Of a DNA stretch of 64,000 nucleotides, positions 55,653-64,000 are shown piece after piece (position 1 is the stretch's first letter; the number at the start of each line of letters is the position of its first letter). The DNA is taken from NCBI GenBank assembly GCA_051047955.1, contig JBPGPT010000041.1:1-64000 (forward strand). Reading direction: 5' to 3'. Origin of the DNA: Cystobasidiomycetes sp. EMM_F5 (taxonomy: Eukaryota). The notes below the pieces were generated by a model that searched no databases, was not told the DNA's origin, and worked only from the letters and a program-made list of their open reading frames with translations. Position numbers and translations under genes: made by a program.

Positions 55653-57786
55653 TCAATTTGTGATATTCTTGCGATATACCTTGTCCGAAAGTACAGAGTA
55701 CACTCGCTAGACCGACTCGCTAGACCGACTCGCTAGACCGACTCGCACCCAAATCTTGACTGTGTGTTGCTGAGGCGAGTGAACCTTCAGGATGTCCGCT
55801 CATTGCCTGATATTGGTGGTACTCACTGGATCAAGTGATGCACTTGCCAGCATGCCAGACTTTGGTTCGAGCTGCATACATGATCACAAATCAGCAGTAC
55901 ATTTGACGGCGCACGGATCCCCGCTTCAGACAATACTCACAGCTAAGCAAAGCACAGCACCCTCGTGCCCCTCTAGCTGTCGCACCATCTTGCGAGACTG
56001 CAGATCCCAGAAACAAATCTTGCCGTCCTCCGATGGTGCCGCAATACAGATACCGTCTCCCGATGGACCTGTTGCAGTCATTCGACGGGCTTGCTCGGGT
56101 ATCCAGAACAGTGCTGGAGTCTGATGCCTATCAAAGCCACGTATTAGTATTGTCGACGGTTGACAGTGCAACAGCCTCACTTGACATTTTTATGCCCGAC
56201 ATACGTCTTGACGCATTGCTGTGCGTGAAAGTCCCATAATTTGATGGTCGAGTCAAGCGTCACGCAAATGATATATCGAGCATTCGGGGTGAAGGTACAG
56301 AATGTTGCTGGCGGATTTGCTTCCCCGACTAGCGACCGCAGGCATTGCCCGGTCGATGCATCCCACAGTCGCCTGTGTAGGTTGCTTTGAGTGGGTACGT
56401 CTCGTGCAAGATACGCCGATGTATGTGTATATAAACACTCACAGCAATCCATCGTGTCCGCACGAGCAGAGGAGTGAGCCGTCGTAGCTGAAGGCAACTG
56501 AAGTGACAGGATCGGAATGAGCGGGAAGGGTTCTCAGACATTTCCGCTTCTTGATATTCCAGATCCGTATCGTCTCGTCGTACGAGCCTGAAGCCAACAA
56601 ATTTCCTCGAGGGGAGTAGGCGAGGCAGAACACAAAGGAAGTATGTCCACGCATGACTGCTAGAGGTGCATTCGAGCGAGAGTAAGAGGTATTTCCGCCC
56701 ATGGGAATGGTGGAGGACGGAGGGAGCTGACCATTCCTCCACATATCGGGGTATGGATCTTCTACCTCCTCCTCGGCTTCATCGCCATTGTAGCCCTCAG
56801 CAGGTTTCGATCTTTTGGTACCGGTCGTGTTGGCACCGCGCGCGGTAGCATGGCCGTTGACCTGGCCATAGTCGCCAGCCGAAGCAGCCGCCACAACATC
56901 GCCGACATTGACTGTCCATAGTCTGACTAATTTGTCATCGCCAGCACTCGCTAGCGTCGAGCTGTCTGGCGAGAAGACTATATCGTTTATTCCCGCACTT
57001 CCGACTGGCGGGACGGAAGACAAAGGAACGTCTACCTTGACGACCGGCTTCTCGAGTGGTGGAATTGTATATGCCCGAATGAACTGAGGCGGAGACGACG
57101 CTGCAACTCCGTTAGAAGTAGAAGTGGATGTTGCAGTTTCGGGCTGAGCAGGCGGCAAGGAGAAGAGTAGTATACGACCGTCGCCGCCTGAGTGACATGT
57201 ATACCGTCAGTCACTATCACTTGAGTTGTCTTTGTCCAAGCTCACCTACTTGCTGTGGCTAGCCATTTACCATTAGGGGAGAAACGTATACTAGAGACTG
57301 CTTTTCGGTGCCCAGTGAGATGGAAGCGGGCTTTATAGTTGGGAAGTGCGACGTTTGCATGTTTGTCGGGAGTGTCCTTGGGAACAGGTTTGTGACGCAG
57401 TTTGAATGGTCGATGGAATCTCGCGACAAGCGGGTCTATGTAAGGCGGTTCTTCCGATGGCTCGCTGGAAGGTATCCGCAGAGCATCATTTTGGATATCC
57501 GGCTGCCCGTTGCCTGCATCTGCTTCTGATTCTTCGGCTGTTGCATAAATCGTTTGGATTCATTCACTGATGCGGCTGGAAGAGTATCGATGGTCCACCT
57601 ACGGTACGCAGCGCTTGAATAGTCGATAGTTCCAGCTTCATCCATGCCATTATTTTCCACCTCCAGCACCTCTGCCTCGTCGAGCTCGCCGTCTCCAACC
57701 ACATCCAAGCTCATGTCCAATACGCCTGGACTGGCTCGCGGGCTGGAAGGACCAGCCTCAGGCTCATGCTCTGCATCGTGTTCCAT
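55653..57786 (-). CDS. SWD3: WD40-repeat protein WDR5/Swd3 (COMPASS)
   Basis: [60 protein letters not shown] and [14 protein letters not shown]. Confidence 0.88.
55702..55746. repeat. 13-bp tandem repeat (ACTCGCTAGACCG, ~3.5 copies)
   Basis: Read directly from the sequence. Confidence 0.95.
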
Positions 57787-57917
57787 GCTGCTGTGGATAA
57801 TTGACCATTACAAAAAGAAAAGCAACACTCCATTATGACGCGCTTCGATATCCTGATCAACGTCAATTGTGATTGCAACTTGCGCTATCTCCAACATAAA
57901 CGCTGCTAATCAACACC

Positions 57918-59397
57918 ATGTCTGCTGTAGCTGCTACTCGCCGTGCGGGCGTGCGAGCTGCTGCGCCATCCGCAGGACTCCAGCGAGGGTTTCTGAAGAA
58001 TGGCTCGAAAGCGACAGCTTCAACGACCGCGAGGGCATCTCCGACGACACAGTCTAGGGATATGTCGGGCTACAGTGCAGCGAGGCATCTCCCATCGGGG
58101 CCGTCGTCTTTTCCTAGAAGAGCTCCCATGGACGCACCGCAGTATCGAAGCATTTCATCGTCGTCATCTGCGTCGCAGTCCCATAGCAAGACTGTCCCTC
58201 CAGCTGAAGTACCGCAGAACCTCGCACGGAGGTTTACTGCATTCTACGCGTCAAACTTCGAAAGGAGACCAGTTGCGACGCTGTGGTCAGTGATGATGAC
58301 ATTACGGCACATCAAGTGCTGACTGCAGCAAGACTTGCTTCTGCAGCGTCGCAAACTCTATCCTAGGCTTCGTTGGAGATGCTGCGGCACAGCTCATTCC
58401 GATGATTGTGCGCATACACGCCTTAACGTCATACTTGCACAAACTTATCCTTGCAAACACGGCAGGCTGGAGGTGGTGCAGGACCTGTGCCATCATGGGA
58501 CTGGTCGCGGAGTTTCAGATTCTGGGCGTATGGCTTCTCGCTTGGACCGTTGATTGGTTTGTACAACTCTTTCACAAAACGTAGGATTACGTGTTGACAG
58601 TATAGAATACTAAACAGAAAAATGGAACCGATTCTTGGAGTTTCGCTTTCCATTGAGACCTGTACAGCAAGTGTTCCAGGAAGCTCCAAATCCAGTAGTC
58701 GACCTATCACATGAAGACCCCTCCTCTCCTGGCTTCATCGACAAGCTACGTAAAGAGGCTGAAAAGGAGGGTTTCAAGGTTCGAGTAGAGCGCGGTGACC
58801 AAGATCAAGGACAATCTCTCAAAAGTGCAGCGCAGACGAATACTTCCTCGTCATCGACAACTGGAGGTACTGCTACTGGACAAGCGGGGTCAAAGATTGT
58901 CGACCCCCAAACGATCGCTATCCCAAATACGACAGGAAGCGTATCATTCTCTGCATTGTTCAAGAGGGTCTTCATGGACCAGGTGCTGTTTGCGCCGATA
59001 GGTCTCGCCCTGTTCATCGCTGCCATGGGAATTATGGAAGGTCTGGACTGGCCAGACGTGGAAGCAAAGCTGAAGAAGATGTGGTGGCCGCTTACACTCA
59101 TCAACTGGCAGATGTATGTCGCGCTTTGAGCGAATCGCATGCTTGCACTCGCTAATTTCGTATCTTCAGATGGCCATTTGTGCAAATCATCAACTTCAGA
59201 TATATGCCGCTGCGGTACAGAGTGCCATTCTCGTCGAGCTTGGGTATATTATGGTATGTGTGGCCGTATCGTCCAAACAACAAAGCTATTTCTGACTGGG
59301 TGCTTTCTTTTTTTTGGTTTTTGCTTACAGGACAGTATTCCTGAGTTTCCGCAATGCTAAAGCTGTATCTGAAGGTGCACCGGTGCAAGCAACTTGA
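57918..59397 (+). CDS. Mpv17/PMP22-family mitochondrial membrane protein
   Basis: FERRPVATL, GFVGDAAAQ, KWNRFLEFRFP, KRVFMDQVLFAPIG and NWQIWPFVQIINFRYMPL. Confidence 0.9.
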
Positions 59398-59941
59398 ATA
59401 GGTTGTAATAATTAAGTAATCCGTCATGACATTCCGAGAAAAACAAGTATCAGGACTAGGCTTACTTCTTCACATATCTGAGTTGATATACTGACTTTAC
59501 TGAACGGCGGGCTTACGAGCAATGCCGAAACAAGTGTCTTCAGATCCGTAGTGAGTATGCTAGGACTCACATAATATAAACGCCGTGATGGTACTGACCG
59601 CTTCCAGGCACGTTTCGGACGGAAAACGAACAGATCACCGCCACGCTCCGCCTAGGATATTATTACAAACTTATTGCTGGAAGCTCTGCAATAACTTGCT
59701 ACTTCCCGCCGCGCATGTGGCTCGACAGAGACATTATCAGTCTCGCGGACACCTGGGCGTTCGCGCCGCATCACGTGATTCAGGACACTTAACGCCAGCA
59801 ACGTGCATAAAGGTTTCATCTAGACGGGAAAGCGCAAAGATGGCTAAATATAGCGGGAGACTGAAGAGATCTAACGTAGAATGTTCTGAACAGCTCTGTA
59901 TCTTGGCTTCCACTAACCAGACGTTACGCTAACAAGCTGAC

Positions 59942-62828
59942 ATGGCGAAGATCATTCGACTAGCCACCGCCATCCTGCTCGGTTGCACCGGCAGCTGCTC
60001 GGTCTGGGCGCAGAATGCGACCAAAGCGGTCGTTCCTCCGGCTTCTCTAAGTCTGCCAGCATCCTACGTAGCGCCTGGTTTCTTTCCCACCAATGTCTTC
60101 AAAGGCTTCTTTTCCGGCTATGAAGCTACTCAGACGTCTCAGGAACCACAACCCCAAATCACGAACGGCGTCGGGAGCACCTATGGCTTATCCGACATCG
60201 GACCCAAGGCGACCGACACACCTAACCAGAATTATTATGACCCCGTTGTATACGGTCCATCAAGCTTGAATGCATCCTCTGCGGGAATAGGTTATATTAT
60301 CGAGGCAAAGACCAATCTCTCGACAAACTATACTCTTGCTCTGGCCCAGACCGCGTATGCGCAAATTGTGAACATCATTGCAGACAACTCGACATCAAGC
60401 AATTGCACAAAGTGTCTCAATGGGCTTGTCGTTGCTCAGAATCTGTCACGCATTGCTCCTTGGGAGATTCCAAACCTTTTGGTCAATTTGTGCAACCGTT
60501 ACAATTACAATGCGAAGATCTCATGCGCTGTACGGAAGGTAGACGCTTCTATCTGTTTGAGCAGCGTTGACCTTGTATTCAGGCTCAATTCGCTCAACAA
60601 GCGGACGGTGCCATGGCTGCCCAGGTGATCTCTCAATTCGATCCGACAGGCCTCGATGGTCGATATGTCTGCTGGAACTTCATCAACAAGGCCTGTCCAA
60701 TGCCAACGACTCCGGCCCTCGACCTCACAGGGTGGTTCTCGAAGCCAAAGCCGGCAAACGCGACGGCACCAATTCCCTCAGGTCAGAGGATCAAAGGTAA
60801 GTAACGACGCAGACACCAATGGAAATGAGCTCAAGGTTCAATACCGGCGACAAGTTGCGCACATTTCGGACTTTCACCTAGGTAACGCTGCATCAGTCAA
60901 AGCTTATCATGAAGTAACGTGGCTAATTCGTAATGCATCAAAAATCCGCACTAAGATCCGCACTATGCTGTGGGATCCGAGGCAAACTGTACGAACGGTC
61001 TCTGTTGCCAATCTTCCTCGATCAATAGTGTTTCGCCAAATACGACTTCGATGCCAGCAGCACGGTTCGGTGCTTTCAAGTGTAGGTCAACGGAGCGCAC
61101 ACTACCTTTGTATTACAGTCAATATCTGATGCATGGCATTGTAGGTGATGTGCCTTACGATCTCGCTGGCTCCGTCATTCAGTCCTTCCCAATTCTGACT
61201 GGTGCGAACGGCTCGAATCCTGTAAATTTTACGATCTTCACAGGCGACCTGGTTACACATCTTCAGGACAGGTGGGTTTGCATTCTGTCACCTTCTCTCA
61301 CGATATTTGACGTACCCTGCTGCTGTGATAGTCAGATGAATCAGAATTTGATCGAATATACCGAAGACTCAGTCTTCTCCATGATGAAGTCTTTCTTGGG
61401 CAATGGTCCTGTATACGCGGCTCTGGGTAATCACGACACGCTCCCTATCGCTGCCGATGCGCCACATTCCATCAATGTCTCCGCAATCGCAAATGAATTC
61501 AGCTGGAATTACAACCATGTCAGCAAACTTTGGGAGTCTTTGGGTAAGGCATCGCGGCTCACAGCTCTTCATCATGCCGCTGATCTTGATGTTGTAGGCT
61601 GGATCAGCAGCGACGTGCAGGCTGTGTCTGCCTCTCACTATGGTGCCTATTCAACAAAAACGCCAGGACCAGCTGGACTTCGCATCATAACGACAAACAC
61701 GGACATGTGGTACCCAAACAACTACTTTTCTTTCATCCGCATGACAGATTCTGATACATTTGGCATCCTTCGTTTTTTAACGGATGAATTGCAAAAAGCC
61801 GAGGACAATGGCGAACGCGTCTGGATAATTGGACATGTCCTGTCTGGATGGTCAGGGACGAACACCCTTACGGGTCCTAGCAATCTCTTCCAAGCGATGT
61901 TTGTTTCTTCCCCATAAGCCTGATAATATAGCTTTTTACAATTTCTGACGGGATCAAAACTATCAGAATCGACCGCTATTCTCCGCATGTTATTGCTGGA
62001 TCGTTTATGGGGTAGGTAGTATCTTAAGGAGTAAGAGCAGCGCGTTAATCGCGATAATCTAGCCACATTCACGAGGATGCCATCTCCATCTTTTATCGAA
62101 ACAACGCCACGAACATCTCCGCTGCCAACGCAGTCAGCGTACAATGGATGGGGCCATCGATAACACCTTTGACAAACCTGAATAGCGGATTCAGGATGTA
62201 TGAAGTCGACAGCCAGACTTTCGATGTTATGGACTCATATACGTGAGCTCAAAAGGCTGACTTATCAGCGAAGGAAGCTGAAAGCTCCACATACTGCAGA
62301 TGGATCGCAAACGTATCGAACTTTGCTGCATTGTAGGTCTAAGTTCCCAGGAGGATCGAGCCTTTTGTTGACGCTTTCTCCGCTGTCAACAGGGACAGTC
62401 AAACGTCGTACGGCCCGACCTGGCAATACGAGTACTCTGCTCGTGAGACTTACGTCAGTACCAAGAACTCTCAAGTAACGCGAATGCCGCAACTGATCAC
62501 ACTATCATCAGGGTGGTAACATCTCCTGGCCGGCCAATGCTCCCCTCAATGCGACCTGGTGGCATGTACATCGACTATATTACTGGTTTCCAGATATTTA
62601 CAACGCTAACTTGCATGCATACAGCTTGTAACCGAGCAAATGGCAATAAATCCTTCTCTCGTTTCGACCCAGCAATTTTTGCAATCGAAGTCATCGGTCA
62701 ATACGCCAAATTGTACCAACTCAGCATGTCAAGCTGCAAAAATCTGCTACATGCGCTCTGGCTCGTCTTCCATAGCATATGCAAATTGCGACGGTGGGAA
62801 GTACGCGTCCACACAGAGCAAGTACTGA
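59942..62828 (+). CDS. Secreted acid sphingomyelinase-like metallophosphoesterase
   Basis: Signal peptide, saposin-like Cys region, HISDFHLD, FTGDLVTH, YAALGNHD, ERVWIIGHV, GHIHED and GPSITPLTNLNSG. Confidence 0.92.
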
Positions 62829-62982
62829 GACAGAGCCAATATCACTCACAAGCCATAATTAAGCACGCTGCCTGCACTGCATTAATATATCAAGTAAAGG
62901 TGGCATTATAGAGGGTAGCCCAATACAATGAGATGGCAAAGTAACATGGTTTCAGACGCCAATTCAAAGAACCTGGTCTGAA

Positions 62983-64000
62983 CTATACATCTTGCTTCGG
63001 CCGCTTTGACTTGCGCTGACGATCCTGCCCATCCTGCGACTGGCCCTTTCGCTTGATCGATGCAACAAGCGAAGAAAGCGCGTCTGTGGCAGCTTTACGG
63101 TTTGCTGCGGGAAAGGCTGTGCCTGCCTTGTCTGCTGACGCGTCCTGACGGAGTCCCGTGTCTCGTCTTTTCCGGCTCTCTTCCAACAAGCGCTGCATGT
63201 TCTTCGTCTTCATGTACCTGGGACAAATGTCATGTTGGCATTGCTATCAAGTAAACAACCTTTGCAACAGCATACCTTGGATTCGACGGATCGAGCGCGT
63301 ACTCGTGATTCTCATGCAGACTTTTGAAGCGCTCATCCTGAGCATCGACCGTGAACCGATCTTGCTCTTTTCCGAGATATTCGGTTGCCTCTTGATGCTT
63401 TCTGCGATCTTTGCCCTTCTTGAGCGCTTTCTTGGGTTTATTGCTGATCTTCTCTGCTCGCATGATGGCGTGCATGTCGAAATGTCGGCCTTCATCGCCG
63501 GAGCCATCTTCATCGCCCACGAGAAGTGCCAAGCGGGCTGCGTCTTCCTCTTTAGCTTGTTGCTCAAGCTGTTTGGCGGCCTTCTTAGACAGCTTCGTTT
63601 CCGGGATAATCTCGACCTGTTGCTCTTGGTCATCCAAGTTGAAGAAACCGTCTGGCGCATTCTCGTCCTCCTGATTGACGCCGTTATCCTCATCAAACAT
63701 GGCATTGGCATCGTACGCTTCGTCTGGGTCACTTTCTTCAGAGTCATTCATCAATCTCCCAGTGGTCTGTTTGCGTTTATCCGCTCTGCGCTGCTCCTTC
63801 TTCCTCTGACGGCGTTCGCGTTCTCTGCGCTGATAGGCATCAAGCGACGTCTCGTCTTTGTTTGCCTCGTCCTCTTCGTCTTGCGCTTGTCCTGATAATG
63901 CCGGCGTGAAAGTAATCTGCATATCATTATCGTCATCATCACCGTCAGACATTCCGTCCAGTTCGCCGTTTGCAGAAAGACCGAAAGCCTCGCGAATCCG
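62983..64000 (-). CDS. ESF1: Pre-rRNA processing protein Esf1, 3' part (NUC153 domain)
   Basis: MQITFTPALS, HFDMHAIMRAEK, FTVDAQDERFKSLHENHEYALDPSNPR|YMKTKNM and LSSLVASIKRK. Confidence 0.92.

Noticed and set aside
63158..63895. 245-aa hydrophobic plus-strand ORF
   Set aside because: Antisense shadow of the charged ESF1 coding sequence.

Overview
Compact, intron-rich fungal nuclear DNA. Short GT-AG introns with CTRAY branch points and the gene content suggest a basidiomycete yeast, possibly Pucciniomycotina/Cystobasidiomycetes (inference). About 30 spliced protein genes can be assembled by hand: four tandem paralogues of an unknown 4-TM protein interleaved with LSM2, an ankyrin protein, an ELL-like protein, an NFKBIL1-like protein, SGT2, a PEBP, LIP2, ASNSD1, ADE1, PPIL2, EMC7, FAP7, ARP5, an MTM1-type carrier, a HAD hydrolase, eIF4E, an EVE-domain protein, two C2H2 proteins, a LYR protein, IDI1, WDR5/SWD3, an Mpv17 protein, an acid sphingomyelinase and the 3' part of ESF1. 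The main observation is at 25982-26233. An 82-nt tRNA-Ser(GCT) is split into four pieces by two spliceosomal GT-AG introns, one through the A box and one through the B box, plus one ordinary anticodon-loop tRNA intron. Candidate replacement B boxes and T5 terminators lie nearby, and a degenerate copy of its 5' part sits in a ~630-bp inverted duplication. Also notable: a U2-type AT-AC intron in PPIL2, several GC-AG introns, and a duplicated zinc-finger exon pair. Exon boundaries were inferred by eye and no database searches were run.
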